Of a stretch of DNA of 64,000 nt, positions 1 through 13,299 are shown piece after piece; the stretch's first letter is position 1; every line of letters begins with the position of its first letter. This stretch comes from Octopus vulgaris (lineage: Eukaryota). Position numbers and translations under genes: made by a program. The notes under the pieces were generated by a model, which made no database searches, was not told the origin of the DNA, and saw only the letters and a list, made by a program, of their open reading frames with translations. The stretch is taken from NCBI GenBank assembly GCA_951406725.2, contig OX597826.1, positions 40,114,001 through 40,178,000 of the forward strand, written 5' to 3'.

Positions 1-15
1 TGCATGCACACATTT

Positions 16-52
<37 letters not shown>

Positions 53-73
53 AATCAATCAATCAATTAATCA

Positions 74-116
<43 letters not shown>

Positions 117-130
117 CATCCATCCATCAA
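16..130. repeat. (TCTA)n/(TCAA)n/(TCCA)n compound microsatellite
   Basis: Tetranucleotide runs seen directly. Confidence 0.95.
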
Positions 131-142
131 TATATATATATA

Positions 143-334
143 TAATTTATCTTATAGAAGGAGCTTCTACAGGACTAGAACTGTTTCATTCAAATGAAAT
201 CATCAAATGATGATTTCATTTGAATGAAACAGTTCTAGACCTGTAGAAGCTCCTTCTATAAAATAAATTAATTTACTCTGCCATGTATTGAGTACCTTAT
301 TTACTGTGGTTAACCCCGACTCAACCCGGGACCT

Positions 335-335
<1 letters not shown>
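143..335 (+). mobile_element. Short fold-back element (near-perfect hairpin 143-270 plus unpaired tail), Penelope-like inverted pLTR remnant
   Basis: Arms 143-205 and 208-270 are reverse complements with 2 mismatches. Each carries TGATGA-tttcatttgaat-GAAAC; the minus-strand copy continues to GTC. Flanked by (TA)n and (CA)n. Confidence 0.65.
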
Positions 336-412
<77 letters not shown>

Positions 413-416
413 GTAT

Positions 417-735
417 TGAAGGCGCAGGGGTCAGTCGTTAGAACGTCGAACTTACGGTCGTGAGTTTGTGAGTTCCATTCCCGTGTTGCGTGTTGTGTTC
501 TTGAGCAAGACACTTTGTTTCACGTTGCTACTGTTCTTGACCTTTGCCCTTCCCTTGGATAACATCAGTGGCATGGAGAGGGGAGGCTGCTATAAAAGGG
601 CGACTGCTGGACTTCCCTAAAAAAACTCTAGGTTGTGCGCTCGCCCTTGAGGTGACTTTCCGCCCAGACTTGTCCTGAGGAAGGTAACGTCTTAGGCGCA
701 CCCATGGTCATTCGTGACCGAGGGAGTCGAGTTGA
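417..735 (+). mobile_element. tRNA-derived SINE (decayed)
   Basis: A-box/B-box-like head (ggtcagtcgttag...gagttccattccc) followed by ttgagcaagacact motif; GC-rich island between microsatellites. Confidence 0.7.
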
Positions 736-810
736 GTCACATATATATATATGTATATATAGTCTCACATGATGTACATTATATATACATGTATGTGCGT
801 ATATGTGTGC

Positions 811-914
<104 letters not shown>

Positions 915-2669
915 GTATGTAAGGTGGTAATAGTTTTTCAAATTGTTCTACTTTGATCTTAACGAAAACGCAAGTGGCCATTGAAGTAAGATGAAAGTGA
1001 TAATAATTTAACAATTTAAAACTACGCAATCCGAGTTTCAGTGAAACCGAAATCCCGTGAACTGAGGTAGGCATAACGCTGGTGATATAAAAATTTAGAT
1101 GTCAAATTAGTAATTAAGGATAATAATGAGACATTTATAATAAAACGGACGATTTGGGTTTCCAAGTAGCTTCAATGCCAAGGTTTAGTAGTAGAATTCG
1201 TTCAATTATAGATTTTTGGAAAGAATAAATAAACTATGATATTTAGTAAAACAAGAGTATAGATATGGTAAATTAGTTAAAACGTTTGGTTGCTGTTTAG
1301 GTGGTAGACTAAAAAATTTAAATAAATATGGTGTAATATCTAGCCTTCAGCTTAGTAAATATTTGTAAACGTCTAATGATTAGGATTAAAGACAATTGAG
1401 AAAGTAGTGGACTACGCACTGCGTCATCAATAGCTAAGACAATCTTTTGAGAAAATAGTTGACTGGACCTCGTGTGTCCAGATAACATGTAAATGGTAAT
1501 ACTTTATATTTTATATTATCTTTTAAATAGTTATATATTTCGCTTTAACCGTAACAATTATTAATTACAAGTATTCTTTTATTAGTTCCACATTATAAGG
1601 ATATGCATAATCTATGAAATTACTGGTATAAGTTTAACATTAAAACATGTAAGGATGACGAACATTGAATACGTATGGAGTGATTTAATTATTAACGTTT
1701 GGGTTATGAAATTCACTCATAATTAGTTATATTACTAGTTAAGTTGAATCAAGTTTTTTGTTTTTTGTTTTGGAAAGAATAGAATATAAAGGATTTCAAT
1801 TTTATATTAATAATTACGGAAGACTGGTGTGAATATTATCTGCATGGACTTCAAGTACTAGGTTTCTATTTAGTTAGGAGTTAGTTATAAGTTTAGTTAT
1901 TGAATTTATTTTACCGATACTGTTTTTGTACATAGGGTAAATGTTTGTATGCATATGTGTACCTATATCTAATTATCTGTCTGAATAACTTTCATATCTT
2001 TCACTTCAATCCTTTTTCATAACTTCTCTCAGATTAAATAGCTTCGTCACTATCTTAGTATGTGTCGCTCGATTGAATTTGATTAAAGAGTAATATTCTA
2101 TACGAGTATGTGTGTGTGTATGTATTTATGTATAAAAGAAGAAAAATAAAATGGCGATTGGGAAGTTAATAACTGTTTATTATTAACAGCACATTGATCA
2201 TCATCCCTTGTAGCTGTTTCAATAAATATTACGTAAATATTCGGTTTATACGTCCTGAACATAATAATATCTTAAGTGAGAAAACTATACCCTTATATGT
2301 GTTTATGTATTCACTATAGCAGACTTAATGATATGGTTCATGATTTGTATTGTTATATGTTCGGGTGAGGGGTCAACAGCTTGATTGGCGATCATTTGTA
2401 GTAGGTAAAGAGAATTAGAACAATGAATGAATAAAGTGAATAGAGATGATTCAGGAAATTTAAATATAGGCAAGTTTATAGTTTACAAGGTATAAAATTA
2501 TGAGAATTTGTATATATGCAAGTACACACATGCACATATACACAAATACACATATGTATCCTTAGGGCCATATACATATATGCATATACACCGAGACACA
2601 CATATACTCACACATATACATACATCTACACGTACATACGTATCTGCGCATATAAATATATGCATATAT

Positions 2670-2741
<72 letters not shown>

Positions 2742-2744
<3 letters not shown>

Positions 2745-2969
2745 CTTTATTGCCCACAAGGGGCTAGACATAGAGGGAACAAACAAGGACAGACGAAGGG
2801 ATAAATCAATTACATCGACCCCAGTGCGTAACTGGTACTTTATTTATCGACCCCGAAAGAATGAAAGGCAAAGTCGACTTCGGCGGAATTTGAACTCAGA
2901 ACGTAAAGGCAGACGAAATACTGCTAAGCATTTCGCCCGGCGTGCTAACGTTTCTGCCAGTTCACCGCA
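2742..2969 (-). mobile_element. tRNA-derived SINE, family A
   Basis: Near-identical to 53202-53433 and 56279-56506; B-box gagttcaaattcc and gtcgactttgcctttcat...gtcgataaat..agtaccag core. Confidence 0.9.
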
Positions 2970-3522
2970 TATATATATGCGCGAACACATTAATACGTAT
3001 GCACACTCACACATGCATGTATGTATATATACATAGATACATATCTATATATGCGTTTACACTTTTTACCCATTGTCTCTAAGAAGTTAATATAGATCCA
3101 TATTGGTTAATATTTCCGATTGGTTATTAGAATTTTTTATTGTTTAGTTTACTCTATAGTGTGTCAAGGAAAGTATTTGTTTTGCTGTCTGAATGTGAGT
3201 ATGAAAATAATTAACATTTATATAGGCATGTATACAAGCGTACATAAATTTAGTCATATGTGTGTGTGTGTGTGTATATACATACACACACGCCTATACA
3301 TGCATAAACAGACATATACAGCCACATCCCTACACCTGCGCAAACACACACGTATGTACACATGCACTCAGACAGACACACATGTACTTATATATATATA
3401 TATATATGTATAGATGTATGCATATATACTTATATACATATATACAAAGATGCACATACATACGTCCGCACACATGCATATCCATATACATATACACGCA
3501 CATATCCGCACATAGGCATATG

Positions 3523-4533
3523 CAGGGTGGGACAAAATAATGGAAACACCTTAAAATGTCAAACAAATTTATTTTAATATTGGGCAGGACCGTATTTGGA
3601 AGTAATTACAGCTTGAAATCTACGAGGTATGGACTCGTACAAAGTTTGCATTGTTTCCAAAGGAATTTTTGTCCATTCTTCAGCTAAAACAATGTCCAGT
3701 TCATGTAGTGATGATGAAGGAGGATATCGACACTTTACATGTTTCTTTTTCTAAAATGCACCATAAATGTTCGATTATATTGAGATCTGGGGACTTTAGT
3801 GGCCAGATAAGATATTTAGTTTCTCGAGAAGGTTTCTCGTACAATTCAGTAAAAATCTTAGCTATGTGACTTGGTGCATTATTATCCTGAAAAATTGCGT
3901 TTCCCTCCTGAAACAGATCCGCAACCATAGCATGAATTTCATCAGATAAAATGCTTAAATAGTCTCGACTATTAATTCTGCCATGAAGAGAAACCATTGG
4001 GCCGGCGGAGTTCCAAGATATAGCTCCCTTATCCCGCCAGATCATCACAGCTTCTTCTCCTTGTTTAACTGCTGGAAAAGGGCAGTCTGGGTCAAATAAT
4101 TCTTTTGGCTGTCTCCACACGTATACTCGGCCCGGTGGCCGGAAATAAAGTAGAGGATGACTAACCCGAGAAAATAACATTCTTCCATTGCTCTAACGAC
4201 CAATTCTGTAGGTTCTTACTCCACTCTAAACGCTTGCAACGCTTGTTTTTAAAAGTAATGGTTTTCTGATTGCAATTCTCTTGTAAAATCCGGCTTTGTT
4301 CAGTTCCCGCAAATAGTTTTTGTGGAAACTGGGTTCTTGAAGTGGTCATTAAGCTCTGCAGTAATTTTGGAAGTTGTACTTTTGTGGTATTTTCTAACTT
4401 TTCGCGTAAGTGCCCGACGGTACCTATCTGAGAGTTTTGGTTTTCTTCCGGAATTTTGTTTCGACGGGGACGTTTTTCCCTTTTTCTCAAAGGGTATGAT
4501 GCCGGGTGCTTCCATTATTTTGTCCAACCCCTG
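3523..4533 (-). mobile_element. Tc1-family DNA transposon, 5'-internally deleted, frameshifted transposase
   Basis: TIRs cagggtgggacaaaataatggaaacacc / ggtgcttccattattttgtccaacccctg-TA; ORFs 4161-4527 and 3701-4180 with SGRKPKLS, WKNVIFS, FQDNNAPSH, WPLKSPDLNIIEHLW (Tc1 DDE motifs). Confidence 0.92.
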
Positions 4534-4626
4534 TATATCAGCTTACAGAGATACATAAGATGTGTATGTACGCGTATACACCCATGTACATGCACGTCCC
4601 AGCATACATACACACGCTCCTATCGC

Positions 4627-4674
<48 letters not shown>

Positions 4675-5561
4675 TCACACACACTTTCAGTTTTTTCAGT
4701 TTGAAAAAATTATATAGTAGGAGAGAGAATCCTATAAGATTAGAAATAATTTTGAAGTATACAGAAGTTGTTTGTATATAAAAAATAAAGAAACAAAAAA
4801 GTAAACAGGCACATATTAACTTAAATTGCATTTACACACACACAACACACACACACATACACACACACATACACACATATATATATAATACACCCAAGTA
4901 TCAATAAACATATCAATAAATAGGCACGTATTGATTTGAATAGCATATACATGTATGTGTATATAATCAAAATATAGTCACCTAAAATCTCCAAGTAGGT
5001 TTTAAGCTGAAGTGAAAGCAGCATGTTCTTTGTCTATCTCCTTGCCTTCTTGGAGATTTTAGGTAAAATTATACTAATGTGTCCATCTTTTTTAATCTAA
5101 TTAAATTCTATGTCTTTACGCAACTGAGGATTGCTCTGCATTTAGATTTATGTTATGGTTGCACTGTTCAATTAAATGGAGTTGCTTGAAACGATCGCAC
5201 TGCATTACCTCTAGATATCCTTGTTCCTTATTTTGATTTTAATCACCTTCGTAATCAAATAGTTTTACATTCGACACATGTTTCGAAAATTCCACTGATA
5301 CTATTCAAAAGAATATATACTATAAACAATGCAATCTTCTCCTCATCTATATATATATGTATATATATATATATATATATACATATACATTTGTAAACTC
5401 ATACACCCCTGCATACATATACGTATATACACACATATACATACATATGTAGCTATATACACGTATATACTGTATATACTTACATATACATAAACATATC
5501 AATTTGTCATATGTAAACAAACATAAGACTGTTTTTAGAACACTGAAATGTATTATATTTC

Positions 5562-5750
5562 AAGTAGAAAAATATTGTTTTCAACGCGTAAACTCTGATA
5601 GAACATCATATATTGTAAACTTTACAGCGCAGAAAATCCGTCAGCAACCAGATGGCTGGTTGCTGACAGATTTTTCTGCTCTTTATGGATTTTAGTCTAT
5701 ATATGCTGTTCTATCAGTATTTACGCGTTGCAAAATATATCTTTCTACTT
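5562..5750. repeat. Imperfect ~190 bp palindrome (fold-back element)
   Basis: aagtagaaa..caacgcgtaaa..ctgatagaac..gtcagcaaccag [atgg] ctggttgctgac..gttctatcag..tttacgcgttg..tttctactt. Confidence 0.85.
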
Positions 5751-5839
5751 GTAGTATAGAATTTTATATGCATATACGCACTCACACTCTTATACACATA
5801 TATACATACAAATATCTATATATATATATATATGTGTGT

Positions 5840-6223
5840 TCAAAGAATATTAATGTGTCATTAAGGATGTGTAAATGTAGTTATTAATGTTAGGCAAGGA
5901 GGTAAAAAATAGTCAAACAGTTATTAATGTTACCAAGTGTGTATGTTTAAATGTTAGTGAATGGTGACTAAGAATATGTAATGGTAGTTATTTATGTGAG
6001 GTAATGGGTGAAAATAATAATTTTAAGTGTAATGGTTATAGTTATTATTATTAGTAGCACTGTAGTAATGTAAATGTTTGGGAGTAAGGGAATTATATTA
6101 GTGGAGGTAAAGTAATTATACGAATCTATTAGTGAGAGGCATTTTTTGAACAGAACGTCCAATAGTTATCAATGTTAAATATTATGTTATATTTTTATAT
6201 AATTATAATGTTATATTGTATAG

Positions 6224-6277
<54 letters not shown>

Positions 6278-6960
6278 CATATATATATATATATATATAT
6301 CTTTTAATCATATATTAATTAATGAATTACTTAAATTTAGAGAGTAGATATTTTCCTGCATGAATGCAAGAATTATTTTCCTCTTTTCGTAAGTTAAGTA
6401 GGGAATTCCTACAAGTAAGAATATGGAAAGCTTCCATAATGCATAAATTACATTTCTTGTTATTGATATCATAAGCCGTTGCAGAATCAATGGTATGCTA
6501 TTTAATTTCAAACTCAATATTATTATATTTTAATTCCCATATAAATTTGCATAATCCGGTGGAATAGTTTTGTGGAGAGCTAAGTGTATTAGAGGGGAGA
6601 ATTGCGGAGATATTGAGATAGAGATAGAGAGAGGAGCACTCCGCAAACTTATTCCATCTTTGAACGTCTTTTTGTCAACACCTCAAATATAAGATCTCTT
6701 CACTGAAGATGGAGGCTCGTCTCATCCAACCATGGAATCAATCAACAAACATTATTTTGGATCACCGAGTCCCCCAAAACAAGTGCTGGATTTGTAATAC
6801 TTTCTTCAACCTCTTTAATTCTTGATATTATTTCTACTCAGTGTAAGTCAGACCATTTTGTATATAAGCATATATACATATTTTTGTATTTCATGTATTT
6901 AATTTTGTATATTGACCTGCTAACTTGATTAACCGCACATTTACTTACATATATCTATCT
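5840..6960 (-). mobile_element. Penelope-like retroelement fragment (GIY-YIG endonuclease C-terminus, C/A-rich 3' region, probable inverted pLTR)
   Basis: Minus-strand translation ~6330-6590: STGLCKFIWELK..IK*HTIDSATAYDINNKKCKLCIMEAFHIL..LLNLRKEENNSCIHAGKYLLSK; degenerate CTGAAGA...AAAAC motif on + at ~6708-6780. Confidence 0.75.
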
Positions 6961-7122
6961 ATCTATATTTATATATATATGTGTGTGTGTGTGTGTGTGA
7001 GTATGTGCATATATATATCTGTGTGTGTATATGTATATTTATGCACACGATGTCACAGCACTTATATGCATGGACGCACATACACTCGCAGAACCAGTCA
7101 GTAGTAAGGAGAATGGAGTATA

Positions 7123-7336
7123 CGAAGGGCACTGAAAAAATCCTGGCTTTCTGTAAAAGAAAATATAGGAGTATCAGTATTATGATTTTATTCAATGCAT
7201 TCCCTTTTCGGATACATTCAATTATTACAGCGGTCCTTCAGTTTTTCTAAGCCCTGTGAAATAACTCAGGAGTTTGGGCCTCAAACCAGGCCTTTCACGA
7301 TACCCTTAAAGCCAGGAACTTTTCAGCACCGTCTCG
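7123..7336. mobile_element. mariner-derived MITE
   Basis: TA-cgaagggcactgaaaaaatcctggcttt ... aaagccaggaactttttcagcaccgtctcg-TA: imperfect TIRs with TA on both sides. Confidence 0.75.
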
Positions 7337-7854
7337 TATGAGATTTGCTTGAGAACAAAAAGCACATTCGATTATAAATGATTGTGAGGACGTGTACAGA
7401 CACAAGTTACAATGTAGCCGCATTTAATTTAGACAACGTTTGTTTCTCAAATTTATTCTTCCAAATTAAGTAAAGATAAATATTTTTACAAACAGAATTA
7501 ATTTCAATTGTTTTATGTAAATAAATAAAAATGAATTAATTATCTGTGTATATACAAGCACCACATACATGCAAGCACACACTCACACACAAACAAACAC
7601 ACATACACAGCCACTTATATGACGTGGAATTTGAATCAATTTGCGTTTGTTGACACTATGACGTTATCTGAAGTTCTTTTATTGTTGTGCAAATGATGTT
7701 GGCGTAATATCTATAAAATATTAATTCATATAACATAAATTTTAATGTAACACCTATAAAAACGTATTAAACAGAGAAATATTTTATCTCCACACCTGCT
7801 ATACAAATACCCACACTCTCAGATGCATATACATATATATATACACATACATAC

Positions 7855-8360
7855 TTGGCGGCTGCCCCCTCGATATCGAGTATGGCCATTGCACGAAGCT
7901 TAATCAATGTTGTTATCGTGCAATGCCTGTGCAAGAAGATTTTTTTAAAGTGGGGAAAGGCTGTGCACTGAGTCAATCGCACTCACTAAACAACAGCATC
8001 CATAATCCAAAAAGAAGAACAAGTCAACATCATCGGTAACCACCTACTCCTAGAAGGATGCCCTAACAAAGGCTAGGAGTCCTTCACTCCCAATGGTTTA
8101 ACCACGCGATCGGGTATTCAGTCCGATTATTTCTATGTCCCCGCGCATGATACAGCCTTAAGACATTTATTGGATGGCCGTTGACTCTCAAGAGTTCCTC
8201 CGCCCTTTGACGGGCTTTGTTTTTCATCCGGTTGGGTGTCCAATAAACACGGTCCTCACCAAACAAACTTGGTGGAGTTGCCGGTTTAGTCACCGACGAC
8301 CCGACCATGCAACAGGTTGTACTGGGTTACCTGTTACCAGTAGCACTCAAAAGTGAGCTG
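7855..8360 (-). mobile_element. Structured GC-rich repeat resembling an RTE-LINE 5' UTR / RTE-related SINE
   Basis: GC-rich island between microsatellites; several hairpins (ctcctag..ctaggag, caccaa..ttggtg); HDV-like motif at its 5' end. Confidence 0.45.
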
Positions 8361-8590
8361 ACACTACATACATACATACACTACATACATATATACATAC
8401 ATACATACACACATATATACATACATATATATACATAAACACACATATATATATGTATGTATATAGGTAAATAAGTAGGAGTGTGTTGCGCTGTATAAAT
8501 AATATTAATAAAAACGTAACAACCGGAAAATTTGCCAAAACAAACGGAGAATTTGACGAAACTACAACACATGGAAAATTCGCAACGCAC

Positions 8591-8634
<44 letters not shown>

Positions 8635-10084
8635 ACACACACATATATATATGCATACACACTCATATGCATATGTGTATATGTAGAGATTTGGTATTAC
8701 CGAACTAAACCTATTGACTCAAATTCAACATTAACTTCTAAACCCAAATTAAACACGTCTCAGATTAGATGATATTTAAGTATCTGTGATGCACAGATCA
8801 GCGCTGCTTCCTTATATACAGTGCTACTACCCAGTATATATTTTGTATTTATTTCATTGAGTTCAGGATACATGACAGCTTATGGCACTCTCAGCAGTAT
8901 TCCCTCTAAAAATCTAAAAGGACAAAACCAGAAACGCTTCTGTGTCTCTATAATTACAAGGTTTTCTCCTATGAAACATCGTTTCTGATTGAGACACAAG
9001 ACGATCAATACTGGTAAGGGGTTTATTCGATAAGATCAGCATTCTGTATTTGATTAGTATTTTATTTTATCGGCCCGAAAATTTGAAAAGCAAAACTGGC
9101 CTCAATGGTAAATGAAATCAGATCATTAAAAGACGGAAACTATTTTGTGCCGATAATTTATTATCGACATTCATCTGGGGGAACAGAACTCCTGGTTTCA
9201 TTAGTAATATCTTTATTTTAATAGATTACATCAAACAAATTTTCACGAAGCTTTAATGTTATCGAACGAAGAAGGATGACAAGCTGAATAGAAAGTGCAG
9301 CAATTGAAAATAATGGAATGAAGTAACTAAATTTCAAGTGCTCTCCGACAAGCCAATCACCATCCAAATAATGATATTTCTCATTTCATATGGCATAACG
9401 AAGGGTTTTCTATTAGGGTAGGTACAGTCAATTATATTGACGTCAGTTAATGATTGTTAGTATAGTATCAAATCCATAAGGCTGTATGTCAAACTTTAAC
9501 CTGAGAGGATTTCAAACCAGAGTATAAATAAACGTTTTACTAGGCTTTCTACTGAATCAATACCTACGACCCTATAAACTTGATTAGTAAGCGACACAAG
9601 ACATGACTGTTATATGACGATGGTGTTTCCGGATAAAAATCAGCTGTCAAAATGAAAGCTATTTAGATTAATGCTAAAGGAAAGCATCTATTATAAGGTT
9701 GGTAACTAGCCAGCTTTAAGTGAACGGAATGGAACGTTTTAGGAGAGATGTGTAGTTAATGTGTTTTACAATCAATATTAGCATCTTTTCGTAAGAAACG
9801 TGAGTTAAAGGTAAATAAATAATAGATGACTGTCGTTATGTATGTTTAAAGATGAGTTTGATAGACGCAGGAGATCTGAACAGCAATCGAGAAGATAATC
9901 GTGCAATAAATATGAGAACACTGCCGAACATTTTGCTAATTTTTTCTTTAAAAAATGAATAAAAAAAGGATAAGTATATGGTACGGATTATGTAATGATT
10001 GATATAATATATCAATGAATAGGTTTTTAGATTTTGTGTGAGTATACAAACATGCATGCATACATACATACATACATACATACA

Positions 10085-10163
<79 letters not shown>

Positions 10164-10210
10164 ATGTATGTATTATATATATACATTATTATATATATAT
10201 ATATTGTATG

Positions 10211-10241
<31 letters not shown>

Positions 10242-10270
10242 GTATATATATGTATGTATATATACATATG

Positions 10271-10358
<88 letters not shown>

Positions 10359-11199
10359 TATATGATACCAATTTCTTACTGAATAAATATTTACTATCAG
10401 TGTGAAAAGAGAACATATTTTCAAAGCATGACTTAATTAATATTCATTAAAGATGCCGTATAGGACTTCGTTGTACGCATTTATCCATAACCATACTAAA
10501 TCTTGATATTCTCGTTAGAGTATGCATACACACACAAATGTACCCACACAGATACAAACATAAATCCAATTATAACTGAGATTAATTATGGCCGTAAATC
10601 CTATTACCACATGAACACTATTCGATGTGACATGGAAGTAAATGTGAGCGAGATAAAGAGAGAAAGAGAGAGAGGAGTTGGGGGATTAGATGCTAAAGTA
10701 ATGTTACCAAACAAAAATGCCACAAAATCATGCAAACCTGGTGGCATTTTGTATATTTCAACGTTCTGTGGGAAAACCCTACATATGTGGATATATTGAG
10801 AGATAGCAAGGAGTGATCGATAAATATATCTATATAGTCTATCTCTACATGGAGATACATGCTTAGCGTTCTCTGCAAAATGATGAACAGGCTGTACATC
10901 AAGATCCACTAAATAGATTTCTCCATGCTTTATATATGCCACCTCAATTTAATATCCAATATATTTCTGTTTAAGCTGAGCTGGGCTTGTTAGAACCCAC
11001 GTCGTCCTCAGTCTCTATCTCAAGAAATATTTTGTTACAACTGTTTTTTTTTTTTTTGTGTTTGTTTTTTTGTAAAATCTCACAAGTTGCCAATCGTCGT
11101 TACTGCGATCTTTGCTGCCATCGCAATTTATCTAACTTCGTGATGAATAGCGTAGAATTATTATAAAATAAGAGGCACCAAATTTACGATCTTAATAAC

Positions 11200-11695
11200 T
11201 TTCCCTTTCATATGTAATATATCGTATATCCATTTTTTTTTATCGTACAATCGAATTTCGGATTCGAACCCCATACCTCAAAATAATATGACCAGTTATT
11301 AAGGCTAGAAACTTATTTTTGTCGTTCAGCTTAGATTTAGAAACTAATTTCAAAATTCTGTAATCCCATTCTAAATAGTTCCTTCGTGTAAGGCAGAATA
11401 AGAAGATGAAAGAAACTGTGTTCTGATCCTTATTATCGACCCGTATTCATATTTTCCCATATCTTAATAATACTGTCTCATTATTGTCCATTGAACAACC
11501 TATGTCATCATAGAAATTCATTGCGATTCGTAATTTCAAATTTCATGCTTATATCTTCATTAAATCTATGTTCTATCTAATCTTTCTCCTTTGCTGATAT
11601 CCGTGCATCCATAAATTGGTAATTTCGGTGGTTTTCTATCTCTAATAAAATGGCATATCTTGAACAATTCTAGCAGTGTTAAATGCATGGTTAAG

Positions 11696-11752
<57 letters not shown>

Positions 11753-12050
11753 GTGTGTGTTTGTGTGTGTGCGTGTGCGTAAGTGTAAGCAAAACTGTTA
11801 AGCTATCGCTCTGACAATTTTCTCTGTTGATCTTAAGTATTCTTATTCGTAACAATGGCTTAATTGTGTCCCTTATTTACTCATGCACTTCACAATCAAC
11901 TTTCTTGTAGTCATTGATATTCGTATCATGTCCAAAGAATGGGAAACCATATCAAAGGACTGTTATATAATCTGTCCACGCTATTGAAAGATAGGAATGT
12001 TTCTTGTTGTAATTGTATGTTATTGATTAACTCGCCATAATTGCGCCTAA
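11200..12050 (-). pseudogene. Highly decayed Dong/R4-type LINE RT fragment, split by (TA)n/(GT)n
   Basis: AWTDY..FDMVSHS (RT DYxKAFD motif), EDISMKFEI, SKSKLNDKNKFLAL..ILRYG. Confidence 0.6.
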
Positions 12051-12596
12051 ATATCTCTAGTCTGCTTTTAACATGCATTCACCTCTAGTCCTAATTATCT
12101 TGGCCAACCACTTATCGATATGTAATACAATTTACTAGATACTGTGAGTTGATGTGAGAGACTTACAAAAGAAACAGTGTGTTTTGAGTTAAGAAGAAAG
12201 GTGGTTGGCGTGCGATGTCATGGCAGGAAGGGTTGACAGCGTAGTGCGAATTAATCAGTATTGAGCACATGGACATATGGATAAAATATAAAGATGTAAG
12301 TGGGAGGTAAAATGATAGAGGATTCTCGTGTTGAGTCGATGATACAATTACATGACTAGTCATTTATTGAAAATATTAATGGTGCAGTTTTCTAATTGGA
12401 AAATTATCCATCGTTGACTGTATGAGGGATGTTAACAAAGGGCTTCAATTTTACTATGGGGCCAGTGACTCGGCGCAGGTAAATGATTTCTTGGGCATTT
12501 ATATTTTGCATTTTCAGTATAACGATTTTTTCCGAATTTCTGTTGTATTCATCAGAATGATGCACTTTTTTCAATTTGTAACTCCATAAGATAGAA

Positions 12597-12987
12597 ATGA
12601 ATTCTCTAGAAAAACGACGACGCCGTGGTAATCTCATTCTTGCTCACAACATCATAAGCGGAAAGTGTAACCTCTCGAAGGAGCTGTTCTTCACTCCTGC
12701 TCCAGAGCGTCGGCTGCGGGGTCATTCCGAAAAGCTCTATCTGCGACGATTTCATCTCAATCGAAGGAGAGGGGATTTCTCCATCCGGGTTGCGGATCCG
12801 TGGAATAAGCTGCCGGACGAGATGGTGAAGATGCCGACGACCGCTCGGTTCAAAGTCTCCCTTGACCACAAGTGGCCTGAACTCTTTACATGAACACCAC
12901 CCTGTACATAACTCCATGTCCCCCTACATGGCCTTGCATTTTTGCGTTTTGAGCCAAAACATTAACTAACTTACTAACTAACTAACT
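12597..12987 (+). mobile_element. CR1-clade LINE 3' end (5'-truncated) with (CTAA)n tail
   Basis: SLEKRRRRGNLI..RLRGHSEKL..FSIRVADPWNKLP..FKVSLD..W is a typical CR1 ORF2 C-terminus; tandem ctaa tail; possible TSD gaaatgaatt/gaaaggaatt. Confidence 0.88.
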
Positions 12988-13299
12988 GAAAGGAATTAAT
13001 TGCTAACTTTCTCAATACAGGTCTTTTCTATTAAACCAGGTGAGAATTTGAATTATATCAATAGAACCTCTAATCATCATGAAACTATTATTAATTCTAC
13101 AATAAAGCTATTTCTAATAGTATATGTAAATTAACTGCAAACGGCAAAATTTTTAAACAATATGTTAATTTCTGTAACGAGTCTCTAAGCAGGGACGGAT
13201 ATAAAGAAAAAATGTATTTGTTCTCGACTTGAATTACTCGAACACTAAAACAAAAGAACATGATAATGGACGATTAACGGATCTTCACCATAGTCACAA

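Noticed and set aside
1022-1078. Hammerhead-like GAAAC with flanking pairing on the minus strand
   Set aside because: The position of the CUGANGA box reads ctacctc; too many mismatches
8520-8587. Three ~20-25 bp ggaaaatttg-like repeats (similar short repeats at 30568-30620)
   Set aside because: Too short and degenerate to assign; likely TE subterminal debris
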